From: Acidimicrobiia bacterium
GTDB lineage: Bacteria; Actinomycetota; Acidimicrobiia; Spongiisociales; JAHEDJ01
Length of the DNA: 48,768 nucleotides
Reading direction: 5' to 3'
Assembly (NCBI GenBank): GCA_029210695.1
Contig: JARGFH010000027.1
Span: 1 to 48,768 of the forward strand
Numbering within the stretch: the first letter of the stretch is position 1; every line of letters begins with the position of its first letter. The notes beneath the pieces are model-generated. The model was given only the letters and a program-made list of their open reading frames with translations, searched no databases and was not told the origin of the DNA. Below are positions 18,328-28,645 of this stretch, in pieces. The position numbers and the translations under genes were made by a program.

Positions 18328-19710
18328 GTGCGTTCTCTCGAGATAGTCCTTGCGGTTCTCGCGCTCGCTGCGGCCGTACTCCCGCGGCGCTGGACGGGCG
18401 CACGTATCGCCGCCGCGCTGGCGCTGTTACCCGTCGCGGCCGTTCACCTCACCACCGAAGGCTGGCGGTGGCAGATGGTGCCGCTCTACCTGGTCGGATC
18501 GCTCCTGTTCGCAGTCGCTGCCTGGGAGATGTTGAGTCCGGCCACGGAATCTCCAGAGTCATCCGGGCTGGCCCGGTCGCTCGGCGTGATTGGCCTTGCC
18601 GCGGTCGTTGCGCTGCCGGCGGTGGTGCCGGTTTGGGAGTTGCCGCAACCGACGGGGAAGTACGGGATCGGGACCGTCGAGACCGTGATCACGGACACCG
18701 GTCGCCGGGACCCATACGACCCTGAGGGTCGAGCGCGGCGACTCATGCTCCAGGTCTGGTACCCGGCTGATCCGGCCCGCGACGCCGATCCGGAGCCGTG
18801 GTTGGAGCAGTCGGACATCGTTGGGCCGGCCATCGCCGAGACCTTCGGGTTCCCGTCGTTTGCCCTCGGCCATAGCGCCTTGATCGACTCACACGGCTAT
18901 TCGCAGGCTGCCATTGCCGGAACGGATGAGTTTCCCGTCGTCATCTACTCACACGGATGGAAGGGGTTGCGGGCGGCCGGTCTCGACCAGATCGAGGACC
19001 TGGTCAGTCACGGGTTCATCGTCGTGGCGCCGGACCATACTTACGGGGCGGCCGCCACTGCGTTTCCCGACGGAGAATTGGTGACCTACGAACCTTCTGC
19101 CCTTCCCGAGTTCGGAACGGTCCCCGACGAGGAGTACGACGAAGCTGCCCTAATACTGGTGGCCACTTTCGCGGCAGACCTGGGTTTCGTCATGGATGAA
19201 CTCGAACGACTCAACGGTGACCCCGCCTGGCTGCTATCCGGTCGGATGGATCTGGACCGGATCGGGTTGTTCGGTCATTCCACGGGTGGGGGAGCCGTCG
19301 TCGCGATCTGCGCGGTCGATGAGCGATGCGACGCGGCGGTCGGGTTCGATCCGTGGGTGGAGCCGGTACCGGCGCAGATACTCGAGGACGGCTTCGATGT
19401 CCCGTTCCTGGCCATCAGGAGTGAAGAGTGGCTCGGCTACGACAACGACCCGGTGTTGCAGCGGTTTGCCCTGCGATCGTCAAAGACGGACCTGCTCGGA
19501 TTGATGGGGGCCGGACACCAGGATTTCAGCGTGCTTCCTCGCTTCAGCGCCGTTTCCGTCGTGCTCGACCTGAAGGGCTCGATTGATTCTGATCGAGCCG
19601 CCGAAATCGTCAACACGTATCTGGTGAAGTTCTTTGAGGCAGAATTGAACGGAGGGCCGGACGTGCCGTCCGACCCCCTGTTCGAGGAAGTGTGCATCGG
19701 TCCCTGTTGA
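18328..19710 (+). CDS. Membrane-anchored alpha/beta hydrolase (PAF-acetylhydrolase-like)
   Basis: Four N-terminal TM segments, GWRWQM.PLY, LP.PTG.Y.IG, QVWYPA, YSHG, nucleophile GHSTGG, GHQDFS. Confidence 0.88.
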   Translation: MRSLEIVLAVLALAAAVLPRRWTGARIAAALALLPVAAVHLTTEGWRWQMVPLYLVGSLLFAVAAWEMLSPATESPESSGLARSLGVIGLAAVVALPAVVPVWELPQPTGKYGIGTVETVITDTGRRDPYDPEGRARRLMLQVWYPADPARDADPEPWLEQSDIVGPAIAETFGFPSFALGHSALIDSHGYSQAAIAGTDEFPVVIYSHGWKGLRAAGLDQIEDLVSHGFIVVAPDHTYGAAATAFPDGELVTYEPSALPEFGTVPDEEYDEAALILVATFAADLGFVMDELERLNGDPAWLLSGRMDLDRIGLFGHSTGGGAVVAICAVDERCDAAVGFDPWVEPVPAQILEDGFDVPFLAIRSEEWLGYDNDPVLQRFALRSSKTDLLGLMGAGHQDFSVLPRFSAVSVVLDLKGSIDSDRAAEIVNTYLVKFFEAELNGGPDVPSDPLFEEVCIGPC

Positions 19711-19731
19711 GAGCCCGATGCCCCCGACCGC

Positions 19732-20148
19732 TCAGTGGTTGGGAATGAGCGGGCAGAGGAACGCTGCCTCAGTAATCGGATCACCCACGATGATGTCACC
19801 GGCCATGGCAGCCGCGTGCACCTCTGCCGACGAGGTCAGCAGATAGGGCGTTGAAACCCACTCAACGGGGGTCGGCAGCCAGCGCCCGCCGTTGTAATCG
19901 GAGTTGCCGGGTGCGGCCTCAGCAACAGGCTCCTGACCGGGGACCAGAAACAGCTGGTCGTAGCTGGCGTTGTTCCCGTTGTAGGGAAGGGCCTTCTGGA
20001 GAATGGTCGCATAGACGTCTCCATCCGCCCGAATGGCATCCACCACAATGGGTGAACCCTTTTCGCCGCCGCGGGCCGCGGAAGCGGGCGCCGCGATCAA
20101 CCCGACAGCCAGCAGGGCGGTAATCGCAATAACGATCGACTTTCGCAT
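19732..20148 (-). CDS. Secreted hypothetical protein
   Basis: Signal peptide ending APASA, good SD (AAGGA), VAEAAPG..DYNGGRW and FLCPL segments; divergent from a two-component system. Confidence 0.75.
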   Translation of the reverse strand: MRKSIVIAITALLAVGLIAAPASAARGGEKGSPIVVDAIRADGDVYATILQKALPYNGNNASYDQLFLVPGQEPVAEAAPGNSDYNGGRWLPTPVEWVSTPYLLTSSAEVHAAAMAGDIIVGDPITEAAFLCPLIPNH

Positions 20149-20290
20149 TGTCGTTCCTTTCTTCGCCGGTATCTCCGACGGTTTCCACATTGGCGGCCCC
20201 GTCTTTCAGCAGGGGAACGGCAACCGAAACAACCGAGAAACTCGTCGCCGGTCGGGTGCCGTTGCCGCCTCGGGGACGTACGATGGCTCC

Positions 20291-20986
20291 ATGAACCGGA
20301 CCACTTCGGAAGGGCGCGTGCTGGTCGTCGACGACGAACCGATGGTGCGCGAAGTGGTGACCAGGTACCTGGAGCACGATGGGTTCTCAGTGATCGCAGT
20401 TGAGAACGGGCGGGACGCTCTGGTCGCCGTCAAGAAGGCGGCTCCCGATCTGATCATCCTGGACATCATGCTGCCTGAGATTGACGGCCTCGATGTGCTG
20501 ACCCGGCTGCGTCGGAGCGGCGATGTTCCGATCATCCTGCTGACCGCCCGTACCTCGGAGGCAGACCGCGTCCTCGGCCTCGAGCTCGGCGCAGACGACT
20601 ACGTCGTCAAGCCCTTTTCGCCCAGGGAGCTGATTGCCAGGGTCCGGTCTGTTCTTCGCCGCAGCTCCAGGGAACCGGGCGGCCGCCGCCTGGAGTTCGG
20701 CGGGCTTCAGATCGATCCGGCCACGCGCGAGGTAATGGTCGACGGTACACCGGTGGAACTGACAGCCCGGGAGTTCGACCTGCTCGCCTTTCTGGCCGGC
20801 TCGCCCCGGCAGGTGTTCTCGCGTGCCCAACTGCTCTCGCAGGTCTGGGAGTCGTCTGCTGAGTGGCAGGATCCGGCCACCGTGACCGTGCACGTCCGGC
20901 GGGTCCGTCAGAAGATCGAACGTGACCCGGATGATCCACAGCGGTTGGTCACGGTCCGCGGTGTCGGCTACCGGTTCGAACCATGA
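20291..20986 (+). CDS. OmpR/PhoB family response regulator
   Basis: VLVVDDEP, LDIMLP, GADDYVVKPFSPREL, LTAREFDLL, TVRGVGYRF. Confidence 0.95.
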   Translation: MNRTTSEGRVLVVDDEPMVREVVTRYLEHDGFSVIAVENGRDALVAVKKAAPDLIILDIMLPEIDGLDVLTRLRRSGDVPIILLTARTSEADRVLGLELGADDYVVKPFSPRELIARVRSVLRRSSREPGGRRLEFGGLQIDPATREVMVDGTPVELTAREFDLLAFLAGSPRQVFSRAQLLSQVWESSAEWQDPATVTVHVRRVRQKIERDPDDPQRLVTVRGVGYRFEP

Positions 20987-22203
20987 GACTGCTGATTCCC
21001 CTGGCCGCCATCATGGTGGCGCTCGTGTTGCTGATCACCGAGGCGACGATGCAGCCGACCTCAGCCGATCGCGCACTGCTCTACGGCATCTTCGCAGGCG
21101 CCGCCGTTCTGACACTGCTGGTCGGTTGGCGTCTCCCGGCCATGACCCGAAAGTTCCACACGCTCCGCACCACCCTCCAGATTGTCGGCCTTGCCGCCGT
21201 CGTCATCGCGGCTGCCGCCGTTTCGGTGTCGGCCATCACGATGTTCCTGTCGACCCACGATCTCCGGCTGGTGCTGGTGGCCCTTCTCCTCGGGGTCGGG
21301 CTGGGTGTGGCACTGGCCGTGACGGTCACGAGGCCGCTGGCAGCCGACCTGGCGGATCTGGCGAGGGCCGCCGGCCGGGTGGGTGCCGGTGATCTCTCTG
21401 CCCGGACCAGCATCGAACGGGCAGACGAGGTAGGTGAAGTGGCCAGGGCGATGGACATGATGATCGACCAGCTCGGCGAGGCCCGGCGGATGCAGGAGCG
21501 ATCGGACGAGGTGAGAAGGGAGTTCCTCGCCGCGCTGGGCCATGATCTGAGGACCCCGCTGACCTCAATGCGCGCGGCGGTTGAGGCGCTTCAGGATGGG
21601 CTCGCCCCCGATCCGGATCGCTATCTGAACTCGGTTGCGAAAGACATCGAGAACCTCTCCGTCCTCATCGACGACCTCTTTGAGTTGGCCACGCTCGAGG
21701 CGGGTGAGCGCCCGATGGACAAGATAGAGGTCGATCTCGCCGCACTCGCCGACGAGGTAGCCCATGCGATGGTACCGCTGACCGAGCCGCGCTCGATCAG
21801 CGTCCAGATCGAGGGCTCGGCGATTGTGTCTGCGAGTGAATTGGGGATGATGCGGGTCATGCGAAACCTCATCGAAAACGCCGTGCAGCACTCTCCAAGC
21901 GGCGGAACGGTGACGATCGAGGTGAGTGAGAACCAAGCGCACGCCACAGTGACCGTCGGTGATGATGGCCCCGGGTTCCCAGTCGATTTCAAGGATCGTG
22001 CTTTCGAAAGCTTCACGAGAGCGGATTCCGCGCGACGCCGCGGGGGTGCCGGACTCGGTCTCGCCATTGCCAGAGCGATCGTTGAGGCGCACAATGGAAC
22101 CATCCGGATCAAAGATGGGGACGGCGGGACGATCGAATTCGTGCTTCCGATTAGTGACTCCAACGCCGTCCCGGAATCTACAACAAGTGGCCGAGAGCGC
22201 TAA
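20983..22203 (+). CDS. Membrane sensor histidine kinase (HAMP-HisKA-HATPase)
   Basis: Four TM segments, MFLSTHDL, HAMP, GHDLRTPL, NLIENA, DDGPG, GAGLGLAI. Confidence 0.95.
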   Translation: MRLLIPLAAIMVALVLLITEATMQPTSADRALLYGIFAGAAVLTLLVGWRLPAMTRKFHTLRTTLQIVGLAAVVIAAAAVSVSAITMFLSTHDLRLVLVALLLGVGLGVALAVTVTRPLAADLADLARAAGRVGAGDLSARTSIERADEVGEVARAMDMMIDQLGEARRMQERSDEVRREFLAALGHDLRTPLTSMRAAVEALQDGLAPDPDRYLNSVAKDIENLSVLIDDLFELATLEAGERPMDKIEVDLAALADEVAHAMVPLTEPRSISVQIEGSAIVSASELGMMRVMRNLIENAVQHSPSGGTVTIEVSENQAHATVTVGDDGPGFPVDFKDRAFESFTRADSARRRGGAGLGLAIARAIVEAHNGTIRIKDGDGGTIEFVLPISDSNAVPESTTSGRER

Positions 22204-22258
22204 CTTGGATGTTCTACGGGGTGGTGGGAACCATTCCGCTGATTAGAGGAAGGGACAT

Positions 22259-24001
22259 ATGAGACGATCCATGAAACTCATTTTGCTTTTCGTGGTTTTC
22301 GCCGTGATCGCGGTTGCGTGCAGCAGCGAGACAACCGAGACAACGGAAGCCACGACCGATACCACGACACCTACCGCGACGGAGACCACTACGACTCCGA
22401 CGACAGAACCGACGACCGCAACGACGGAACCTGCAGGGCCGAGGACCATCATCATCGGCACGACCGATGCAGTCTCGAGTCTCGACAGCGCGGACGCCTA
22501 CGCGACCGCCGACTGGGAGCTGATCAAGGCCTTCAACGAGCCGCTGCTGCGGTTCCAGCCGGGAAGCAACTCCGTGCTGGAGCCGGGCATTGCCAGCCTT
22601 CCGGTGGCGAGCGAGGACGGTTTGAGCTGGGAAGTGACGCTGCGTGACGACCTCGTCTTTGGCGATGGGCTCGAGCTCACCGTCGACATGGCGGTCGAAC
22701 AGCTCAACCGTTTGATGGACTCCGATCTCCAGGCGAGTGCTCCGAACCAGGTGGGCAACACGCTGGCGATTCCCTATGTGGAGAGCATCGAGGCTGTCGA
22801 CGACAGGACCATCAGGTTCAATCTGCTGGGACCGGCCGGGTTCTTCCCGCAAATCCTGGCGGGCGCGCCGTATACGATCGCCCATCCGGACTTCTTTGCC
22901 CTGGATGAGATGAACCTGCTGCCGGAGGCGCCGATCTACGGGCTCGGTCCGTGGATCATCACCGAGAACACGGTGGCCGAGCAGACCGTGCTCGAGCCGA
23001 ATCCGTACTACACAGGTGCCTATCCGGCCAAGGTGGATCGGATCATCGTCCAGCGTTTTGCCAATCCGAGCGCGATGGCCGATGCCGTCCGCGAGGGCGA
23101 GATCGACGTCGCCTGGCGCATCCTCGGCTCCCAGGCCGCCGATGAGCTCAAGTCCGTTGATGGTCTGACCGTGGAGACGATTCCTCAGGCGCCGATCCGG
23201 TACCTGATCGTCAACCATGCCGACGGCTTCGTAACGTCAGATCCGCTCGTTCGCCAGGCCTTGGCGGCGGCCATCGACCGCGATGAGCTCTCCGACGTAG
23301 TGTTCGGCGGCGCGGTGACTCCACTGCTGTCGCCGGTGCCGCCAGGGTTCCTTGGTGCCAACGAGGCATTTGAAGATGCCTTTCAAGCGCCAAACATCGA
23401 CCTGGCGGTTGACCTGCTCACGCAGGCAGGCTATTCGGAGACCAACAAGCTGCAACTCGACCTTGGCTATCCGCCCGAGCACTACGGTGTTACCACCGCC
23501 GATGGCGTGCTGCTGGTCGCCCAACAATGGGAGGCCACCGGCCTGATCGATGTCAATGAGATCGCTCAGGAGTGGAGCACCTACGTATCGAACTGCACGA
23601 ATGGGGACACCTATCCGGTCTGCGTGCTCGGTTGGTTCTTCGACTTCCCGGATGCCGAGAACTACCTGCAACCGTTCATCGAGGGTGACGGACTCGGGAC
23701 GATGGTCCTGTGCCCGAACGATTCGTGCGGCGATGCCACCACGACGGGCATTGATCCGCTTCTCGGGCAACTGCTGCTCGACCAGCGGGCCGAGACGGAT
23801 TTGGATGCGCGTGCTGCAATCATCGAGCAGTTGCAGGATGTGTACGCCGATGAGGTCGTCACGATCCCGCTGTGGCTGGAGCCGGAGTTCATCATCTACC
23901 GGGACGGGATCGTCGGGGACGGCTCCCTGCCAAATCCGCAGACACTCAACATCGGACCCGATTTCGAGTTCGTTTACTCGGTGTTGGACATAACCGACTA
24001 A
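22259..24001 (+). CDS. Dpp/Opp-type ABC substrate-binding lipoprotein (family 5)
   Basis: Lipobox AVAC, Thr-rich linker, SLDSA, VRQALAAAIDR, GWFFDFPDAENYL. Confidence 0.92.
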   Translation: MRRSMKLILLFVVFAVIAVACSSETTETTEATTDTTTPTATETTTTPTTEPTTATTEPAGPRTIIIGTTDAVSSLDSADAYATADWELIKAFNEPLLRFQPGSNSVLEPGIASLPVASEDGLSWEVTLRDDLVFGDGLELTVDMAVEQLNRLMDSDLQASAPNQVGNTLAIPYVESIEAVDDRTIRFNLLGPAGFFPQILAGAPYTIAHPDFFALDEMNLLPEAPIYGLGPWIITENTVAEQTVLEPNPYYTGAYPAKVDRIIVQRFANPSAMADAVREGEIDVAWRILGSQAADELKSVDGLTVETIPQAPIRYLIVNHADGFVTSDPLVRQALAAAIDRDELSDVVFGGAVTPLLSPVPPGFLGANEAFEDAFQAPNIDLAVDLLTQAGYSETNKLQLDLGYPPEHYGVTTADGVLLVAQQWEATGLIDVNEIAQEWSTYVSNCTNGDTYPVCVLGWFFDFPDAENYLQPFIEGDGLGTMVLCPNDSCGDATTTGIDPLLGQLLLDQRAETDLDARAAIIEQLQDVYADEVVTIPLWLEPEFIIYRDGIVGDGSLPNPQTLNIGPDFEFVYSVLDITD

Positions 24002-24018
24002 TCAGGAATTGGCGAAGG

Positions 24019-24057
24019 AGAACTGGGAGTGGGCTTGGCCCGCTCCCAGTTCTTTTT
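24019..24057 (+). terminator. Intrinsic terminator-like hairpin between the substrate-binding gene and the permeases
   Basis: AGAACTGGGAGTGGGC-TTG-GCCCGCTCCCAGTTCT followed by TTTT. Confidence 0.8.
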
Positions 24058-24084
24058 GGACGCGTCGACTAGCCTCGGGTTCCT

Positions 24085-25182
24085 GTGCACCCGTTGCTGA
24101 TCGTCTTCTTGGTCTTCGGCATCCCGGCCGGGTTGGCCCTGGCATGGGTGTTCTTGCGCGGCAGTGAGTCTTTGCGCCGCTACATCCTCACTCGAATCGC
24201 CCTGACCGTGCCTATGGTCATCATCCTCATCTCGGTCGTCTTCTTTGTGCTGCGGGTCATGCCGGGCGATGTGGTCTCTTCGACACTGGGCCCGAAGGCG
24301 AGTGACGCTGCCCGGGCAAACATCATGGAAGCGCTCGGTCTCGACGATCCGCTCATCGTCCAGTATTTTCGATTCCTCGGGGACGTCGTCACCTTCGATC
24401 TCGGTGACTCTTTCATCGGCGCCCGCCGTCCGATCGTCGACGAGCTGGGAGAGCGGCTCCCGGCCACCCTCGAGCTGATCATCCCGGCTGCGATCGTCGC
24501 CCTGGGAAGCGGACTCCTTCTCGGGACGTTCGCGGCCGTCCGCCGCAAGAAACCGGCCGACTACGGGCTACGCCTCTACAGCGTCATCGTGTATTCGATG
24601 CCAATCTTCTGGCTGGGACTGCTCTTGCGACTCGTCTTCAGCGTTTGGTTGGATTGGACACCTATCGCCGGTCGTATCGACGTGGTGACCAACACCACGC
24701 TCGAGCGAACCACGAACCTGCTCTTTGTCGATGCAATCCTGAGCGGCAATTGGGCGGCCCTCAGCAGCGTTCTTCGTCATATGATCCTGCCGGCTATGAC
24801 TCTGGGGTTGGTGCTGTCTGGCGTGTTCGTTCGTCTGACCCGGATCAACGTCATCGAGGCGCTGCAAGAGGACTACGTAGCGGCCGCCAGGGCACGCGGC
24901 ATTCGCGAGCGCGTCGTGACGTACAGCTATGCCCTCAAGAATGCCATGATCCCCGTGGTGACCGTGATCGGATTGCAGGTGGCGATCTTGCTCGCCGGGG
25001 CCGTGCTCACCGAGACCGTCTTCAACTGGCCGGGCATGGGCCGCTACCTAATTGAACGTATCAGCTCTCGCGACTTCCAGGCAGTCCAATCGACAGTGGC
25101 CGTGTTCGCCTTGTTCGTCGCGATGATCAGTCTGGCGGTGGACGTGATCTACTCAGTCCTCGACCCACGGGTGAAGTACTGA
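24085..25182 (+). CDS. dppB: Peptide ABC permease DppB-like
   Basis: MPGD, LGLDDPL.VQY, RLPATLEL, SMPIFWLG, DYVAAARARG, TETVFNWPGMG. Confidence 0.92.
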   Translation: MHPLLIVFLVFGIPAGLALAWVFLRGSESLRRYILTRIALTVPMVIILISVVFFVLRVMPGDVVSSTLGPKASDAARANIMEALGLDDPLIVQYFRFLGDVVTFDLGDSFIGARRPIVDELGERLPATLELIIPAAIVALGSGLLLGTFAAVRRKKPADYGLRLYSVIVYSMPIFWLGLLLRLVFSVWLDWTPIAGRIDVVTNTTLERTTNLLFVDAILSGNWAALSSVLRHMILPAMTLGLVLSGVFVRLTRINVIEALQEDYVAAARARGIRERVVTYSYALKNAMIPVVTVIGLQVAILLAGAVLTETVFNWPGMGRYLIERISSRDFQAVQSTVAVFALFVAMISLAVDVIYSVLDPRVKY

Positions 25183-26453
25183 TGGCTGCCGAGTTCGAGT
25201 CAGCTCCGGATCCCGGTCAGGTCGCCGATTGGGAGCTCGAACTCCAGAAAGTCGGCTTCGCCAGGCGCGTGCTCATGGCGCGCAAGTGGTACAAGACCGA
25301 CTGGTGGTTCGTCGCCATCTCAAGCGCCATGGTTGTTGCCTTCCTGATCGTCGCGGCCGTTCCCCAGTGGCTGGCAAGCCACGACCCTCTCGAACAGGTT
25401 GGCCCCCGCCTCCTGGCACCCGGCGAGCTCCCCGAACAGGAAATCCTCGTTGTACCGATCGGGGGTGCTTTTGCGGCTATCGCCGAGTTCGAACCGGGCG
25501 TGCGTACGCCTGTGGCGGTGGCCATCGATACCCCCTCGAGTGAGGCGGCTCGTGACGAGGCAGAGCGTGTCACCGCTGAGATAGCTGCAGCAGGTGGAGA
25601 AGGCCGGATCCGCCTGCAGATCGAGCGGTACGAGACTGCAGAAGAGGCGCTGGCCGGCGTTGAAGCAGGCGAAGCCGTGGCGGCTGTGATCTCCTCGAAG
25701 ACCTACGAGTCCATCGCGGCGGAATTCCCGGCGTTGCAGAACTCCGGAGCCGTGTCGAGTGCCGACCAAGACTCCACCAGCTTTCCACTCGGCACGAACC
25801 AGGTGGGTCAGGACGTGTTGAGTCGGCTCATCTGGGGTGCCCGGATCGCCATCATCATCGGGTTCTCAGCCTCTATCGCCTCTTTTGTCATCGGTGTCCC
25901 GCTCGGGTTGCTGGCCGGCTTCGCGGGAGGCAAGCTCGACCGGGCCATGACCCTGGTCATGGACAGCATCTACGCCTTCCCAGGGCTCATCCTCGCCATC
26001 GCCATCACCGCGGTTCTCGGCCCCAGCATCTTCAACATCATCGTGGCCATCGCCGTGCTCTACATTCCCACGTACTATCGGATCGTGCGGGGTCAGACCC
26101 TGCAATCGAAAGAGGAGCTGTACGTGGAGGCGGCTCGCAGCCTCGGTGCCAAATCGAAGGTGATCCTTACCCGCTACATCTTCCCCAATGTCATCCCCTC
26201 GGTGGCCGTGATCTTCTCGGTCAACGTCGCCGATGCCATTCTCACCGGAGCCGGCTTGTCATTTCTCGGGCTGGGCTTGCCGCCGTCTACTCCAGACTGG
26301 GGCATCGACCTCGCCCGCGGCCAGGAATTCATCCGATCTGCCTGGTGGCTCATCACCTTCCCCGGTCTGGCGGTCATGCTGATCGTCCTCGCCTTCACGA
26401 TGATGGGGGAGGGTCTCGTCGAGATCTTCAATCCGAAGTTGCGAGAGCGGTAG
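25182..26453 (+). CDS. dppC: Peptide ABC permease DppC-like with a large extracytoplasmic insertion
   Basis: PLGTNQVGQDVLSRLIWGAR, YVEAARSLGA, LSFLGLG.PP..PDWG; ~120 aa insert after RLLAP. Confidence 0.92.
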   Translation: MAAEFESAPDPGQVADWELELQKVGFARRVLMARKWYKTDWWFVAISSAMVVAFLIVAAVPQWLASHDPLEQVGPRLLAPGELPEQEILVVPIGGAFAAIAEFEPGVRTPVAVAIDTPSSEAARDEAERVTAEIAAAGGEGRIRLQIERYETAEEALAGVEAGEAVAAVISSKTYESIAAEFPALQNSGAVSSADQDSTSFPLGTNQVGQDVLSRLIWGARIAIIIGFSASIASFVIGVPLGLLAGFAGGKLDRAMTLVMDSIYAFPGLILAIAITAVLGPSIFNIIVAIAVLYIPTYYRIVRGQTLQSKEELYVEAARSLGAKSKVILTRYIFPNVIPSVAVIFSVNVADAILTGAGLSFLGLGLPPSTPDWGIDLARGQEFIRSAWWLITFPGLAVMLIVLAFTMMGEGLVEIFNPKLRER

Positions 26454-27506
26454 ATGACCGAAGACGCTATCTACGGCCAGCGCATCACACTGGGTGAACC
26501 ACCGCTCAAGGCCGGGGAGGTTCTCTACTCGCTGCGCGATGTTTCAGTGGAATACGGCACCAGGGCTGGGCCGGTGGCGGCAGTAGACCGGGTGTCGCTC
26601 GACATTCGCAAGGGAGAGATTCTCGGCCTGGTGGGAGAGTCGGGTTGCGGCAAATCGACTCTGGGCAAGGCCATGCTGCGCATGATCACCCGGCCCGGAA
26701 AGATCACGACCGGTGAGCTGTGGTTCGACGGAGTCGATCTCCTGACCTTGAGCGAAAGGAGAATGCGCGAGATACGGGGGGCTCGGCTCGGGATGGTGTT
26801 CCAGGATCCGATGACGTCGCTCAACCCGCTCTCGAAGATCGTCGACCACCTCACCGAGACGGTCATGACCCATGAACCCAATGTGTCAGAAGCCGCCGCC
26901 CGCGATCACGCCGCACAGCTCATCGGCCGCCTCGGCCTGCGCGAGGAGCGCATTGACGACTACCCCCACCAGTTCTCAGGGGGGATGCGCCAGCGCATCA
27001 TGATCGCCCTCGCCCTGGCTCTCCAGGCCGACCTCGTTATCGCCGATGAGCCAACCACCGCCCTCGACGTCATCGTCGAAGCGCAGTTCCTCGACCTGCT
27101 GAGGGAACTGCGAGACGAGTTCGACCTCACCATCGTCCTGATCACCCACAACATCGGGGTGGTGGCCGAGGTGGCCGATCGCGTGGCCGTGATGTACGCC
27201 GGGCGGATGGCCGAGCTTGCCTCGGTCAACGACCTGTTCCTCGATACCAAACACCCGTATGGGCAGGGCCTCTTGCGGGCGGTGCCGAATATCGAGCTGG
27301 ACGGTGCCGAGCTCTATCAAATGGCGGGGGCACCACCCAACCTGCTCCACACCCCGTCGGGCTGCGCCTTTCATCCCCGGTGCCCGGCTGTCATGCCGAT
27401 CTGCTCTCAACGTCAGCCGGAATTCCTGCCATTAGAAGGCGATCACTACACCGCATGCTGGCTGTATCAGGATCACCCCGCCAAACCGGGAGGCCACGAT
27501 GCCTGA
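26454..27506 (+). CDS. dppD: Peptide ABC ATPase DppD-like
   Basis: [39 protein letters not shown]. Confidence 0.94.
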   Translation: MTEDAIYGQRITLGEPPLKAGEVLYSLRDVSVEYGTRAGPVAAVDRVSLDIRKGEILGLVGESGCGKSTLGKAMLRMITRPGKITTGELWFDGVDLLTLSERRMREIRGARLGMVFQDPMTSLNPLSKIVDHLTETVMTHEPNVSEAAARDHAAQLIGRLGLREERIDDYPHQFSGGMRQRIMIALALALQADLVIADEPTTALDVIVEAQFLDLLRELRDEFDLTIVLITHNIGVVAEVADRVAVMYAGRMAELASVNDLFLDTKHPYGQGLLRAVPNIELDGAELYQMAGAPPNLLHTPSGCAFHPRCPAVMPICSQRQPEFLPLEGDHYTACWLYQDHPAKPGGHDA

Positions 27507-28578
27507 TCCGCAGCCGGTCCGGGAGTTCCATGATGAAGGAGGCGAGCAGGACAACCTCGTTGAGGTTACCCATGTCAAGAAGTGGTTTCCGGTTCAGAAG
27601 GGGTTCATCGCCAGTCTGCTGTCGCGCGGTCACATCGACTACGTGAAAGCGGTCGACGACGTGTCCTTCACGATCAAGCGGGGCGAGGTTCTCGGCCTGG
27701 CGGGGGAGAGCGGCTCGGGCAAGTCGACGGTTGGACGGTTGGTGTTGCGCCTCCTCGACGCCACCGAGGGTCACGTCAAGGTCGACGGTGTCGACCTCGG
27801 GACTCTCAAACGCGAAGACCTCCGTAAGGCTAGGAGCAAGATGCAAGTGGTGTTCCAGGATCCGCTTGCGTCGCTCAACCCGCGCATGACCGTGGGTCAG
27901 GCGATTGAGCACCCGGCTCAAATCCACCTTCCCGACACGACCTTCGAGGAACGCAAGCAGCTCGTGTTCGAGCTCCTCGAGGCGGTCGGGATGTCGCCGC
28001 CGGACTTTTTCTACGACAAGTACCCGCATCAGGTCTCGGGAGGCCAGCGCCAGCGCATCGTGCTGGCTCGCGCCTTGATCACCCGCCCCGAGTTGATCGT
28101 GGCCGACGAACCGATCGCCTCGGCCGACGTTTCAGTGCAGGCGCTGCTCCTGGAGCTCATGATCAAATTGAAGGACGAGTTCGATCTCACCTATCTGTTC
28201 ATCACCCACGACCTTGCCACCACCAAGTACATCTGTGACCGGATCGCCATCATGTACCTCGGCAAGATCGTCGAGATCGGGCTACTCGCCGAAGTCTTCA
28301 ACAATCCTCGCCATCCCTATACGAGATCGTTACTTGCCGCGGTTCCGGTGCCGGACCCACGCCACCGGAGGACTGAGCCGCTGCCCCAGGGCGAGATCCC
28401 GAACCCGATCAACCCGCCGTCCGGATGCCGCTTCCATCCACGGTGTCCGATCGCGGTTGAGGGCGTGTGTGATGTCGAGGATCCTCAAATGGCGCCGTCC
28501 GGGACCTCTGAGGACCATTTCGCGGCGTGCCACCTCCGCACCGGCGCCTATCAGCACCTCGACCGCCGGCCCACCTGA
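27499..28578 (+). CDS. dppF: Peptide ABC ATPase DppF-like
   Basis: KAVDDVSF, GESGSGKS, YPHQVSGGQRQR, PSGCRFHPRCP. Confidence 0.94.
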   Translation: MPDPQPVREFHDEGGEQDNLVEVTHVKKWFPVQKGFIASLLSRGHIDYVKAVDDVSFTIKRGEVLGLAGESGSGKSTVGRLVLRLLDATEGHVKVDGVDLGTLKREDLRKARSKMQVVFQDPLASLNPRMTVGQAIEHPAQIHLPDTTFEERKQLVFELLEAVGMSPPDFFYDKYPHQVSGGQRQRIVLARALITRPELIVADEPIASADVSVQALLLELMIKLKDEFDLTYLFITHDLATTKYICDRIAIMYLGKIVEIGLLAEVFNNPRHPYTRSLLAAVPVPDPRHRRTEPLPQGEIPNPINPPSGCRFHPRCPIAVEGVCDVEDPQMAPSGTSEDHFAACHLRTGAYQHLDRRPT

Positions 28579-28641
28579 CCCCCCGAACTGTTTTCGCGCG
28601 GGGATTGCCCCCTATAGGGTGGAGTTCCCGCGCGAAAACGG
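28579..28641. repeat. REP-like nested palindrome between convergent genes (possible bidirectional terminator)
   Basis: CCCCCCGAACT head, 13-bp arms GTTTTCGCGCGGG/CCCGCGCGAAAAC and inner palindrome CCCTATAGGG. Confidence 0.7.
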
Positions 28642-28645
28642 TTTG

